DNA of 64,000 nt from Vulcanimicrobiota bacterium (lineage in GTDB: Bacteria; Vulcanimicrobiota; Xenobia; Xenobiales; JADMJV01). The position numbers and the translations under genes were made by a program. This document shows positions 28,501-37,980 of this stretch, one piece after another (within the stretch, counting starts at the first letter, position 1; every line of letters begins with the position of its first letter). The DNA lies in NCBI GenBank assembly GCA_050250895.1, contig JBFWNU010000010.1, forward strand, positions 133,696 to 197,695, written 5' to 3'. The notes below the pieces were generated by a model that had not been told where the DNA came from, searched no databases, and saw only the letters and a program-made list of their open reading frames with translations.

Positions 28501-30233
28501 CTGGCGGGCAGATAGCAAGTCAACATCTCCTCGAGCATGGGCCGTCGTAGAGGCTTGGGCAGATAGCCGTTCATGCCCGAATCCCAGCATTTATGCTGCT
28601 CTTGCTCGGGTGAACTGGCGCTCACCGCCACGATGGGGCGCTCAAACCCCCGTGCCCTCAGAATGCGAGTGGCTTCGTGGCCGTCCATCACCGGCATATG
28701 GCAGTCCATGAGGATCATCTTCAGGTCGGGGTGGGCGGCCACCTGGTCGATGGCTTCCTGGCCGTCGCGGGCCAGGCTGACCTGCAGACCCAACTTCTTG
28801 AGCAAGCCGGCCGCTACCCGCTGGTTCATGACGTTATCGTCCACCACCAACACGTGGCCTCGGAACTGGCGTTCCGCCGGCTCGCTGGTGACCGAGGCCT
28901 CGAGCGGAAGGTCGAAATAGAAAGTGGCGCCCTGGTTCTTTTGGCTCGAGACCGCGAGTTCCCCGCCCATCAACTCCACCAGCTCGCGAGCCAGGGCCAG
29001 TCCCAGCCCAACGCCTTGATGACGTCGCGTCGAAGAGTCATCCAGTTGGACGAATGGCTCGAAGATTCGCGACACGTCGGCCAGGGCGATGCCCGGCCCT
29101 TCATCCTTGACCGAGAATCTAATACTGTTGGATCGCTCCTCGAGGCGCACGAATACAGGCGCTCCGGGGGCGAATTTGAGGGCGTTGCTGACCAGATGGC
29201 CGAGAACTTGCTTGACCATCGCTGGATCGCCCTTGACCCGGTCGGGCACGTTATCGCTGATCTCCAGACACAATTTGACCGATTGCTGGCTGGCTTCCTC
29301 GTGATAGGTTCCCAGCACGTCACGGAGGCAGGCCTCCAGGCTAAAGTCTTCCTGGCACATCTGAACCTTGCCCTCGCGCACGAAGTTGAGGCTCATACTC
29401 CCGCAGATCAGCCGCTGCAGATCGTCTGCGCACGCCAGCAGATCCCGGATTTTCAGGGTCTGCTCTTCGTCGAGGTGGGTGTCGAGCAGGTCCGAACCCA
29501 TCCCCAGAATGCCGTTGAGGGGAGTCAGCATCTCGTGGCTGAAATTGCTCAAGACCCGACTCTTGGCTTGAGAGGTTGCTTCAGTCTCTTTGAGGGCCGC
29601 CTCGAGCAAGAGCTGACGATGGAAGTGGTCCCGCAGGCACGAATCGATCCGCGCGATGGCCGGGCCAAACACCCACCGCCACTCTGCGTAGAGCACCAAC
29701 AACATGCCCGCAAACAACCACCATTGCAGCGCTTTGAGGCGAGAGACCCGGCTCGAGGCATCGGCCGTCAGCTGCTGGACTAACTGTTCCTGGGCGCTGA
29801 CATAGCGCGGTAGATGTCTTCGCATCACCTCGACCTGACCCGCCTCGGCGGCCGAGCGGATGATGACCTGCTCGGCGCCAGCCAGGATCAGGAACTCTCG
29901 GGCCGACTCCGAATAGTCGGGAGCCGGCAGACCGAGCTCGGAACTGCCGTTCTCGAGAGCCAGCCGACCCTGGCGCCATTGGGCCAGCGATTGCTCAAGG
30001 TTGAGTTCGTCCGAATCGGCCGGATCGAGGGTCTGGCGAACCACGCGCTCACCCAGGGCACGTTGCCTGCTGGCCAACCGGATCACGGCCGAGTCGTGGC
30101 GCGAGCCTTCGAGCACCCGTTGCTCGACGATCAGGCCAACCAATCCGGCCAGAAACAACAGGGCCAGACCGCCCAGGCAGACTCGGCGCAGCCTTCTCTC
30201 GATGTCGGTGGTGTCTTGGACCGGCAAGCTCAT
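28497..30233 (-). CDS. Membrane hybrid sensor histidine kinase/response regulator (PilJ/NarX-like sensor)
   Basis: Two TM; IRLASRQRAL; SHEMLTPLNG; SNALKF; GVGLGL; REC ILMDCHMP. Confidence 0.88.
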   Translation of the reverse strand: MSLPVQDTTDIERRLRRVCLGGLALLFLAGLVGLIVEQRVLEGSRHDSAVIRLASRQRALGERVVRQTLDPADSDELNLEQSLAQWRQGRLALENGSSELGLPAPDYSESAREFLILAGAEQVIIRSAAEAGQVEVMRRHLPRYVSAQEQLVQQLTADASSRVSRLKALQWWLFAGMLLVLYAEWRWVFGPAIARIDSCLRDHFHRQLLLEAALKETEATSQAKSRVLSNFSHEMLTPLNGILGMGSDLLDTHLDEEQTLKIRDLLACADDLQRLICGSMSLNFVREGKVQMCQEDFSLEACLRDVLGTYHEEASQQSVKLCLEISDNVPDRVKGDPAMVKQVLGHLVSNALKFAPGAPVFVRLEERSNSIRFSVKDEGPGIALADVSRIFEPFVQLDDSSTRRHQGVGLGLALARELVELMGGELAVSSQKNQGATFYFDLPLEASVTSEPAERQFRGHVLVVDDNVMNQRVAAGLLKKLGLQVSLARDGQEAIDQVAAHPDLKMILMDCHMPVMDGHEATRILRARGFERPIVAVSASSPEQEQHKCWDSGMNGYLPKPLRRPMLEEMLTCYLPAS

Positions 30234-30242
30234 CGAAAAGAG

Positions 30243-30269
30243 CTATCGGCCAAAGTGTGGACGAATTAA
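30243..30269 (-). promoter_or_regulatory. Putative sigma-28-like promoter of the hybrid kinase
   Basis: Minus strand reads TTAA-N15-GCCGATAG, ending 9 nt before the ATG. Confidence 0.5.
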
Positions 30270-30334
30270 TTACGCTCCTGACAAATTTACGCATTGTTCA
30301 TCTTACCGGGCCCCTGGCAAGAGAGACTGGAGTT

Positions 30335-31306
30335 GTGATCATTACCGCATCCAACTTTTCGCCTGTCAGCGGGCGACCGCACCCGGCCTGCGGCTGCAGT
30401 CCGGCGCCGGTGGACGAGTTCGTGCCCTCCGAACCGTCCCTCGCATGGGGCTACAACGGTCATCGCTTGACTAACGTCGAGGCCCATCGGGCCCTACCTG
30501 ACGAGCTACCCGACTTCTTTCGCCAGGGGGACGAACGGCTGGCCGGGCTGGCCTCGGCGCCAGACCGATGGAAGATGCGTGAGCTTCCCCACCTCAAGGA
30601 CACCACCAAAGTCGACCACTACCTTAGCCTCGAGCAACTCGAGGGCCATCAGTTGCCCGACAACCGCTTCGACTTCTTGCGCATGGTCGAGCATGACGGG
30701 CTCGACGGTGGTCGAGACCCCCAGTACGTCGGGATGCTGCCTTACCGCGTGGCCGAACTCTACGAGAACCTGACCCTCGATTTCGCCCTCTGGCGCCAGA
30801 GTTCGCGACTGTTCGGGCCCGAACACCCCACTACTCTCGGTTATCAAGAGGACGCCTTGCACGATGCCGGCTTGCTCGGACACTATGTGGGGGATGCAGC
30901 TCAGCCCCTTCATGCCACCGTCCACCATGACGGTTGGGACACCAGCAAAGCCGCCAATCCCGAGGGCTTTCGCACCCGACGGGGCCTGCACTCCGAGTTC
31001 GAGACGGCGCTGGTCAACCGGGTGGCTAATCCGAGCGAGATCCGGGCCCACATCGCCGACCCCCACGCCTACCGAGGCAATCCCCTGGACTGGGCTCGTG
31101 ACTTTGTGGCCGAGTCCAACAGCCAGGTAGTGCCGCTTTATCGCCTCGAGGCCCGCGGGCAGCTCGACCCGGACCATCCCGGCCAGGAGGGCGTTGCTTT
31201 CGTCAACCAGCGACTGGCCAAAGGAGCCCAAAACCTGCGCGACCTGTGGTATAGCGCCTGGCTCGAGAGTGCGTCGCTAGAACGAAGCTTGCGCGAGCCG
31301 AGCTAG
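30335..31306 (+). CDS. S1/P1 nuclease / Zn phospholipase C-like protein
   Basis: WGYNGH, PDRWK, HYL, GHYVGDAAQPLHAT and LHSEFE; GTG start after GGAG. Confidence 0.8.
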   Translation: MIITASNFSPVSGRPHPACGCSPAPVDEFVPSEPSLAWGYNGHRLTNVEAHRALPDELPDFFRQGDERLAGLASAPDRWKMRELPHLKDTTKVDHYLSLEQLEGHQLPDNRFDFLRMVEHDGLDGGRDPQYVGMLPYRVAELYENLTLDFALWRQSSRLFGPEHPTTLGYQEDALHDAGLLGHYVGDAAQPLHATVHHDGWDTSKAANPEGFRTRRGLHSEFETALVNRVANPSEIRAHIADPHAYRGNPLDWARDFVAESNSQVVPLYRLEARGQLDPDHPGQEGVAFVNQRLAKGAQNLRDLWYSAWLESASLERSLREPS

Positions 31307-31343
31307 CTGCAAGAATCGGAGCCCCCACGGCGAACAGCTGAGC

Positions 31344-31640
31344 ATGCGCAAACTACTTGTTCTAGTGGCTCTGGCCTGGTTGAGCGTGCCAGCCCTGGCC
31401 GACAAACCCGATGTCTCGAAGATTTATGGAAAGATTCAGATCGTCGAGTCCTTTCCCGACTATAAGGTAGAGGTGGTCGACAGCTTCCCTGACCTGAAAG
31501 TCCAGAAGGTCGAATCGTTCGCGGACGGTCCGGGAGAGTGGCAGATGGTCGACAGCTTTCCCGACTTCAAGATCCAGATCGTCGAGTCGTTCGGCGACTT
31601 CAAGATTCAGTGGGTGGAGAGTTTTCCTGGGGTGCCGTAG
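31344..31640 (+). CDS. Small secreted protein with six V-[ED]-S-F-x-[DG] repeats
   Basis: Signal peptide, then KIQIVESFPD-type ~11-aa repeats. Confidence 0.85.
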   Translation: MRKLLVLVALAWLSVPALADKPDVSKIYGKIQIVESFPDYKVEVVDSFPDLKVQKVESFADGPGEWQMVDSFPDFKIQIVESFGDFKIQWVESFPGVP

Positions 31641-32493
31641 GCCGGCGCCGGTACCCCCAGTTGACCAGGGCTACCAACAGCAGCGGGACGGTCACCATGA
31701 TGGGCAGGGTGAGCAGGAACGGCAAGGCCTGTGAGGCGATGCCGATAAAGACCCAGTTGGCCAGGCTGCGATCGAGATGGGTGCGACAGAGCACATGCGA
31801 GATTTCCTCCACCGTCATCAGCCCGTCGCCGTCGGTGCGGGCGTCCTCGCGGGCCAGTTCCTGGCAGCTTTGATAGATCACGTCCCCACTGGTGCCTGAA
31901 CTAGCATAGGCCAGCACGTCGAGGCCGTGCTCGACCCCCCAGCTGACCAGACCGCGCAGGGCCGGGTTCTCGAGCGGGATGTAGTCGTCCATTTGCTCGG
32001 TCGAGAGCTGGGCGAAGCGTCGCGACGATGCGTTCTGTAGATAGACGATCTCGATCTTCTGGTCACCCGAGGCCAGGGCTCGGGCATAGGCCACCCGCTC
32101 GTTGTGCGAGAGCGTGCTGTTCTGGTCCGAGGCGAGCACGGCCGACACCAGGCCTTTGAAGGCGGCCTCGCCGGCCAGTTGGCCCAGGTGCTCATGGCGG
32201 ATGACGTGGCGGGTGGCTCCGGCGGCGCCCACGATGATGCCCGCGATGCATCCCACCAGCGGTAGGGCGATGGCCCACACAACCAGTAGAATGGGCCTGC
32301 CGTAGGTGTCGAAGCGCGGCCCGACATCGAGGTAGCCGCGCCTTCTGAAGGCCAGAAAGATTAGAAAGCAGAAGAGTCCCAAGAGAAATCCCAGGCAGGT
32401 GTAGCCCGACAGGCTCAAGATGACCGCGGGGGTGTTGCGCCAGATCAGGCTGGCCAGGCCGGATACTATATTCGCAACGCCTTCCCAGGACAT
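31600..32493 (-). CDS. Hypothetical membrane protein
   Basis: Several TM segments; ATG 32493 preceded by TACAAT. Confidence 0.7.
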   Translation of the reverse strand: MSWEGVANIVSGLASLIWRNTPAVILSLSGYTCLGFLLGLFCFLIFLAFRRRGYLDVGPRFDTYGRPILLVVWAIALPLVGCIAGIIVGAAGATRHVIRHEHLGQLAGEAAFKGLVSAVLASDQNSTLSHNERVAYARALASGDQKIEIVYLQNASSRRFAQLSTEQMDDYIPLENPALRGLVSWGVEHGLDVLAYASSGTSGDVIYQSCQELAREDARTDGDGLMTVEEISHVLCRTHLDRSLANWVFIGIASQALPFLLTLPIMVTVPLLLVALVNWGYRRRPTAPQENSPPTES

Positions 32494-32547
32494 GTTTCGT
32501 ATTGTATCAGATGGGGAGCAGATCGGAAAGCGCAAAGGAGGCAATCG

Positions 32548-33582
32548 ATGAGACAACTCGACGATGCCAGGCTGGCCGCAGTCTACCGCACCGGTCTGTT
32601 GAATACTCCCGCCGAAGGGCGGTTCGACCGGATCACCCGGGTGGCGCGACGCCTTCTCTCGGTTCCCATCGCGACCGTCACCCTGGTGGCTGACGACTAT
32701 CAGTTTCACAAATCGGCCATGGGCCTGGTGGGGGACCCATGCTCACCCATCGAGTCGTCATTTTGCGCGCGCGCTATCGTCGAAGATGACGTGATGGTGA
32801 TACCCAATGCCAGCCTCGATGCCCGCTTCAAAGACAATCCGCTGGTGACCGGCGCCCCGTTCATCTGCTTTTATGCGGGCAAGCCGATCTCGTTCGAGGG
32901 GCAACGGGTTGGCACGCTGTGCATCGTAGACCGTGAGCCGCGCCAGATCTCTCCCGCCGAGGTCCAGGACCTTTGCGACCTGGCCCAGTGGGCCGAAAGC
33001 GAGATCCACTCCCAAGAGCGTGATGCCGCCCAGTTCGACCTGATGACCGAGGTCGACCGACTGCGCGAGATGGCCATGGTCGACAACCTGACGCGCACCT
33101 GGAACCGCAACGGGCTGACCGAGGTCTTCAATCGAGAGTTGGCCCTGGCCGAACGCGAGCAGACGCCGCTGTCCTTGATCATGTGCGACATCGACCATTT
33201 CAAGAGCGTCAACGACACCCTGGGCCATGACGTGGGAGATCTGGTGTTAAAGCGAGTGGCCGACCGCATCCGCCTGAGCGTGCGCCCCTATGACGCCATC
33301 GGTCGCACTGGTGGCGAAGAGTTCGTGGTGTTGCTGCCACGCACTCACGGACCCATGGCTCAGGTGGTGGCCGAGCGGATTCGCCAGGCGGTTGAAGCTG
33401 TGCCAATCGACATCGACAACGGCCAGACGCGACCCGTGACCTTGAGCCTGGGGGTGGTCGATAGTCGCTGCCGGTCCGGCCAGGTGCCAGGCCTGTCGCA
33501 GTTGACCAAAGCCGCCGACTTAGCCCTCTATCAAGCCAAACGTGAGGGGCGCAACCGGGTGGTCGCGCATCCCACCATCTAG
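32548..33582 (+). CDS. GAF-GGDEF diguanylate cyclase
   Basis: FDRITR, SFCARAI and NPLV (GAF); DIDHFKSVND; RPYD I-site; GGEEF. Confidence 0.93.
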   Translation: MRQLDDARLAAVYRTGLLNTPAEGRFDRITRVARRLLSVPIATVTLVADDYQFHKSAMGLVGDPCSPIESSFCARAIVEDDVMVIPNASLDARFKDNPLVTGAPFICFYAGKPISFEGQRVGTLCIVDREPRQISPAEVQDLCDLAQWAESEIHSQERDAAQFDLMTEVDRLREMAMVDNLTRTWNRNGLTEVFNRELALAEREQTPLSLIMCDIDHFKSVNDTLGHDVGDLVLKRVADRIRLSVRPYDAIGRTGGEEFVVLLPRTHGPMAQVVAERIRQAVEAVPIDIDNGQTRPVTLSLGVVDSRCRSGQVPGLSQLTKAADLALYQAKREGRNRVVAHPTI

Positions 33583-33770
33583 AGCAGCAATCCGACCTTT
33601 TCCAGAGGGCGGCGCAAGGCGCCGGGGGCGACTCCGAGTGCCTCCTCGAACAAGGCAACGGCTCGCTCGTAGTGTTCGATAGCCTCGGCTGAGCGCCCCT
33701 GGCCCGCTAGCGATTCCAAGAGCAGGGCGTGGGCCTCTTCGCGCAGGTCGTCGAGGCCCCCCACCTGACG
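33579..33770 (-). pseudogene. 3' remnant of a BTAD-domain (SARP-like) gene
   Basis: LDDLREEAHALLLESLAGQGRSAEAIEHYE...ALGVAP resembles a BTAD C-terminus; no HTH or plausible 5' part upstream. Confidence 0.55.
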
Positions 33771-34100
33771 GCTCGCGGCATCGACCCGTCCCAGGCGTCC
33801 AAGACCTATCCTTACGGTACCAACATCACGGCGGTTGCACTCGGTCGGACTATTTTGGCCAGTGTGAAGAGACCACCGGAACCTCATCGTGGCCAGGCCG
33901 GTCGAGTGCAACTATCAGGACCAGAAGACGGAGTTTGCGGGGGTCACCGGCTGGTGCCCGACGAGTGGGGGGCGGCACCGGTCCAGACCGACGCCGCCGG
34001 CCATACCCTCTACCTCAACCCGGCCCACATCATTACCATTTTGCCCCGCTAAAGACCGCGGGCAGGGGGCGATCCTTCGGCGCGGAATCAAGCGTTCACT

Positions 34101-35063
34101 GTGCGCCGATTCTTTTGTCCCAATTGCGGGAACGAACTCTTCTTCAATAGCTTCGACTGTGTAGCTTGCGGCCTGGCCGTAGGCTTTCAGCCTTCGACCT
34201 GCTCTTTTCGCCCGCTCGAGCTTGCCTGCCAGAACCGCTTGCCCCACGGCGTTTGCAACTGGCAGGTCGAGAACGGCAATGGCTTGTGCCAGGCCTGCAG
34301 CCTTAACCAGGTAATTCCAGACCTTTCGCTACCGGGCAACATCCGCAAGTGGGCTCGCCTGGAAGTCGCCAAGCGCAGAATGCTCTATAGCTGCCTGAGG
34401 TTTGGCCTGGAACTCGACGGCCTTTCGTTTCGCTTTGTGGCCCGCACGCCTGACGAGCCGGCCATCACCGGCCACGAGCGAGGCGTCATCACCATCAACA
34501 TCAGCGAAGCCGATACCGCTCAGCGCGAAGCCCAGCGTGAGCGGATGCACGAGCGCTATCGCACTCTGGTCGGTCACTTTCGCCACGAGGTCGGGCATTT
34601 CTATTGGTCTCGGGTCGAGCACAACGCCTCGCTGCTCCACGAGTTTCGCGAACTGTTCGGCGACGAGCGCCAGGATTACCAGAGCAGTCTCGATCAGCAC
34701 TATGCCAGCCAGACGCGCGACCAATCAGACGACCACATCAGCGTCTACGCCGGAGCCCACCCCTGGGAGGATTGGGCCGAGACTTTTGCCCACTACCTGC
34801 ACTTGTGCGATGTGCTCGAGACCTCGGGCGAGTTTGGCCTGGCTCAACACCGTTTGACCTATCCACCCGATTTCGAGGCTGCTCTGCTGGCCTGGACCGG
34901 CCTGTCGGTGGCCCTCAACGAGGTCAACCGCTCCATGGGCTTGCAAGACCTTTATCCTTTCGTGCTCTCGCCCGCCGTCAATCAGAAGTTGGCCTTCGTG
35001 CACCGGGTAGTCAATCACGATCCCAGCCTGGTCCAGTTGCAGTTGGACTTTAATCCCAGCTGA
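34101..35063 (+). CDS. Zinc-ribbon plus putative Zn metallopeptidase (DUF2248-like)
   Basis: CPNC...CVAC, YRTLVGHFRHEVGHFYW and HPWEDWAETFAHYLH. Confidence 0.88.
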   Translation: MRRFFCPNCGNELFFNSFDCVACGLAVGFQPSTCSFRPLELACQNRLPHGVCNWQVENGNGLCQACSLNQVIPDLSLPGNIRKWARLEVAKRRMLYSCLRFGLELDGLSFRFVARTPDEPAITGHERGVITINISEADTAQREAQRERMHERYRTLVGHFRHEVGHFYWSRVEHNASLLHEFRELFGDERQDYQSSLDQHYASQTRDQSDDHISVYAGAHPWEDWAETFAHYLHLCDVLETSGEFGLAQHRLTYPPDFEAALLAWTGLSVALNEVNRSMGLQDLYPFVLSPAVNQKLAFVHRVVNHDPSLVQLQLDFNPS

Positions 35064-36216
35064 GCGGATAGGTCTCGGCGAGTCTGCGCCGCAACTCGCC
35101 CACCATGGCCTCGGTGGGTCGCCCGTTTTGGACCGGTCGATAGAAGTCTTTGTACTGAGTCAGGGTCGAGTAGGCCGCCCCCACCTGGCTTCGGCACCAG
35201 TCGAGTCGGCGGGCGAAGGTCTCGTCTTCGATCACCCTCAGGCCGCTGGGGCAGGGCTGACAGTCGGCCCGCGGCAACAGCCCTCGAAAGCCGGGAACCA
35301 GGTCGACGGGATGTTCTTCGCCCACGACTCCCGAGTCGACGAAGCGTAAGCCCGCCCTCCGGCTCAGGCCGGCCGCGAAGGCGGCCGCCGCCGCGAACGG
35401 TCCTCGCGGAGCCTCGACCGGTTGGCCTCCGGCATCGACAAACTCGCGCACGAAAGCGATTCCGCCCTGGCGCCGGCTAAACAGGGCGCGCAGGCCGCCG
35501 GGTTGCCAAAAATACAATCCCGGGCCGTGGGCGGCGAAGTCGCCCAGTTCGACCGCCATGCTCAGCCCCTGGTCGGCCACCACGTAGCGCTCTAGCAGGG
35601 CAAAGGGTTGCGAGAGGGTCCGTGACCAGTGGTCGGTTTCAACTTTGGCTGCATCGACCCAATAGGGGGGGACCGTCTGGTTGTCTACGGCCAGCCGCGA
35701 CCAACCCCCGTGGCGGCAACGCTCCTTGAGTTCGTAGCCGGAATAGAGCAAAAAGGTGTCTACCGAGAGCTTGTAGCGTTTCATGTTGACGGTCAGGCGC
35801 GAGCGCATGTCGCTAGTCCGCTTGCTGCCGGCCGCGTCGGGGGCGAGTTGGGCCCGGCCCGTCTCGAACACCAGGCGCTGGCAGAGGTCGGGGCCGGTGA
35901 GCTCCCAGTCGAGGCTCTCGACCCGCTCGTCGCCAGCCAGCAGCACGAAACCGGTGGCCAGTTCGCGCACCGGTCCTCGGGGCTGACCCAGGGGGTCGGC
36001 CAGGGCCTCGAGCAGGGGCCCCACCCGGCTCAGGGGCGAGTCGGCAGCCAGCCGGCACTCGAGGATCAGGGACTTCGACTTGATGCTGACCCTGAGTTCG
36101 TCGGCCCCGGCTGCGCCAAAACCCTGGGCGAGCTTGAGCACGCCACCGACCTGGCTGTCTTCATGCAGTTCCTCGCGGAGTGCTTCGAGTGGGCCGGTGC
36201 CTGCTTGCATGCTCAA
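35050..36216 (-). CDS. Hypothetical protein (possible degenerate GHKL-like N-terminus)
   Basis: 388-aa ORF coupled to the upstream gene; VLKLAQGFGAAGADELRVSI. Confidence 0.6.
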   Translation of the reverse strand: MSMQAGTGPLEALREELHEDSQVGGVLKLAQGFGAAGADELRVSIKSKSLILECRLAADSPLSRVGPLLEALADPLGQPRGPVRELATGFVLLAGDERVESLDWELTGPDLCQRLVFETGRAQLAPDAAGSKRTSDMRSRLTVNMKRYKLSVDTFLLYSGYELKERCRHGGWSRLAVDNQTVPPYWVDAAKVETDHWSRTLSQPFALLERYVVADQGLSMAVELGDFAAHGPGLYFWQPGGLRALFSRRQGGIAFVREFVDAGGQPVEAPRGPFAAAAAFAAGLSRRAGLRFVDSGVVGEEHPVDLVPGFRGLLPRADCQPCPSGLRVIEDETFARRLDWCRSQVGAAYSTLTQYKDFYRPVQNGRPTEAMVGELRRRLAETYPLSWD

Positions 36217-36220
36217 CGTT

Positions 36221-36637
36221 TCAAGCTGGTTTGGAGAGAGCCTGCCTCGAGCGACGCAGGGTGTAGCGGGCTGCCTGGTCCGAGATGAAGTGGACTTCGA
36301 GCCCGAGGCCCGGGTAGTTCCAGGTCAGCTCGAGAGGTGGCTCGTCTTGAGTCGGGTGGCTTAGCATTCGGGCCACCGCCCGGGTCGGGCTGCCGAGGCG
36401 GGCCTCGAGTTCGGCCAGCATCAGCGGCCCCCCCGTGACGGCGCTGACTCGATGCTCCGCGAATTCGATATAGAGCGCGGCTGGTCCGTGCCCAAAAACG
36501 GTGTAGCCCATGTGTTCGTGAAAGGGGCCTTTGAGCAGTTGCTCGACCCGGGCTCGGGTCATGCCCGGCCGAATTCGCCCGATCGAGAGATCGAACGGGG
36601 GAATGGGCAGAGTTTCGATGGTCTGGCTGGTTGTCAT
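36221..36637 (-). CDS. Hypothetical protein, single copy of the domain repeated in 1309..2379
   Basis: LSIGRIRPGMTRARVEQLL...RVSAVTG...YPGLGLEV. Confidence 0.6.
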   Translation of the reverse strand: MTTSQTIETLPIPPFDLSIGRIRPGMTRARVEQLLKGPFHEHMGYTVFGHGPAALYIEFAEHRVSAVTGGPLMLAELEARLGSPTRAVARMLSHPTQDEPPLELTWNYPGLGLEVHFISDQAARYTLRRSRQALSKPA

Positions 36638-36732
36638 AACCCCGGAACCATAACAGAGGGCAGGCTCCGGGTTCGGTGACGACCGTCACCATTCTCTAAA
36701 GGCGAATCCCGCCCGAGGTCGAAATACCTATT

Positions 36733-37548
36733 ATGGATTACCGTGACCCGCCAAATTTCATCAACACCCTGATCGGCTCGCTTTATTCGTTTAAAGACTA
36801 CCCTCGCTTCGCCCAGCGCTCGGGGGGCAGTTTCTTCCTGCACTATGTGGTGCTGTTGACGCTGGTCTGCAGCCTCTACGCAGGCATTGCCACCTACGGC
36901 ATCCACACCCATGTCGTGCCTTATATCGACAAAGCCATCGACGAGGTTCCCCAGGTGACGGTCACCGACGGCAAAGCCAGCGTCGAAGTGGAACAGCCCT
37001 ATGAGCTCAAGATCGAAGGGGAAACGATCCTGGTGATCGACACCGAGAGCGACCCTCAGACCTACCTCGAGGGCGATAAGCCCGTCATGGTGCTGAGCCA
37101 GAAGCAGTTTTCTATCAAAGAGCAAAACGGCCAGACTCGCAGTTATCCCTTTAAAGGCGACTTTCAGCTCGACAAGGAGATGCTGCACGGCTGGGTGCAG
37201 GTCGGCAAGAGTTGGACCCTGCCGGTCCTGTTCATCTGCGTTGCCCTCTGGCAGTTCCTGTGGAAGGCCGTCCAGGTCCTCATCGTAGCTGGCCTGGTCA
37301 CGGCCATGAACAAGAGCGAGCCTCCCTTCGGCGACAACTTGAAGCTGGCCGTGTGCGCTCTGGGTCCGGCTCTGGGCTGGGGGTTGCTGGTGTTCGTGCT
37401 GGGCTGGACCGTTTTCCACATCCCCGGCGCCGGAATGATCTGGTGGGCTATCATGGTGCTGCTGACCTTGCAAGCATCCAACCAGATGAAGGATAGGCTC
37501 GGCGACAACACCGGTTTCACGCGCCCTGACCCGACCGAGCCATCTTAA
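36733..37548 (+). CDS. DUF1189-like membrane protein
   Basis: One N-terminal TM, a soluble loop (VPQVTVTDGKA...VIDT) and three C-terminal TMs. Confidence 0.75.
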   Translation: MDYRDPPNFINTLIGSLYSFKDYPRFAQRSGGSFFLHYVVLLTLVCSLYAGIATYGIHTHVVPYIDKAIDEVPQVTVTDGKASVEVEQPYELKIEGETILVIDTESDPQTYLEGDKPVMVLSQKQFSIKEQNGQTRSYPFKGDFQLDKEMLHGWVQVGKSWTLPVLFICVALWQFLWKAVQVLIVAGLVTAMNKSEPPFGDNLKLAVCALGPALGWGLLVFVLGWTVFHIPGAGMIWWAIMVLLTLQASNQMKDRLGDNTGFTRPDPTEPS

Positions 37549-37604
37549 GCATTTCTTAAGGAAACTCTCAGGCGGGCCTAAGCTTGGTGACGTAAACTGG
37601 AGTC

Positions 37605-37970
37605 ATGTTTGGATATGACGCCAATCACCCCATGTTGGTCCTGTTGGATTCCAACCGCCAAACCCGCGCTTTGTTGCGGGCCCTGATCGAAAGAGGCCAC
37701 ATTACCGCCCGCCAATTTCGTCTCTACCTGGGGGAAGAGGGGGCCAGCCAGCTGGCCAGCCTCAACGGCGGCTTCTGGCCGCCGCGAGTCCTGGGCCGCG
37801 ATTCTCCTGAGACGGGCGTGGCCCACGGTCGCATCGGTCTGGCCCTTCGGCCAGCCGGCCGGGCTGCCCGCCACGGCGTTCTCTCGACTCTATGCGAGTT
37901 TGGCCTGTGCGACGATCACCCGGGCGGACTGGCCGTTAATCCGAGAACAGGAACGAACGTCTGTTCGTAG
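37605..37970 (+). CDS. Hypothetical protein
   Basis: ATG preceded by TAAACT-N6 and GGAG; no recognised motif. Confidence 0.5.
   Translation: MFGYDANHPMLVLLDSNRQTRALLRALIERGHITARQFRLYLGEEGASQLASLNGGFWPPRVLGRDSPETGVAHGRIGLALRPAGRAARHGVLSTLCEFGLCDDHPGGLAVNPRTGTNVCS
37954..37967. promoter_or_regulatory. Putative LexA (Cheo-type) SOS box
   Basis: Palindrome CGAAC-gtct-GTTCG, 13 nt upstream of the GTG at 37981. Confidence 0.45.
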
Positions 37971-37980
37971 AAGCTTGTAG

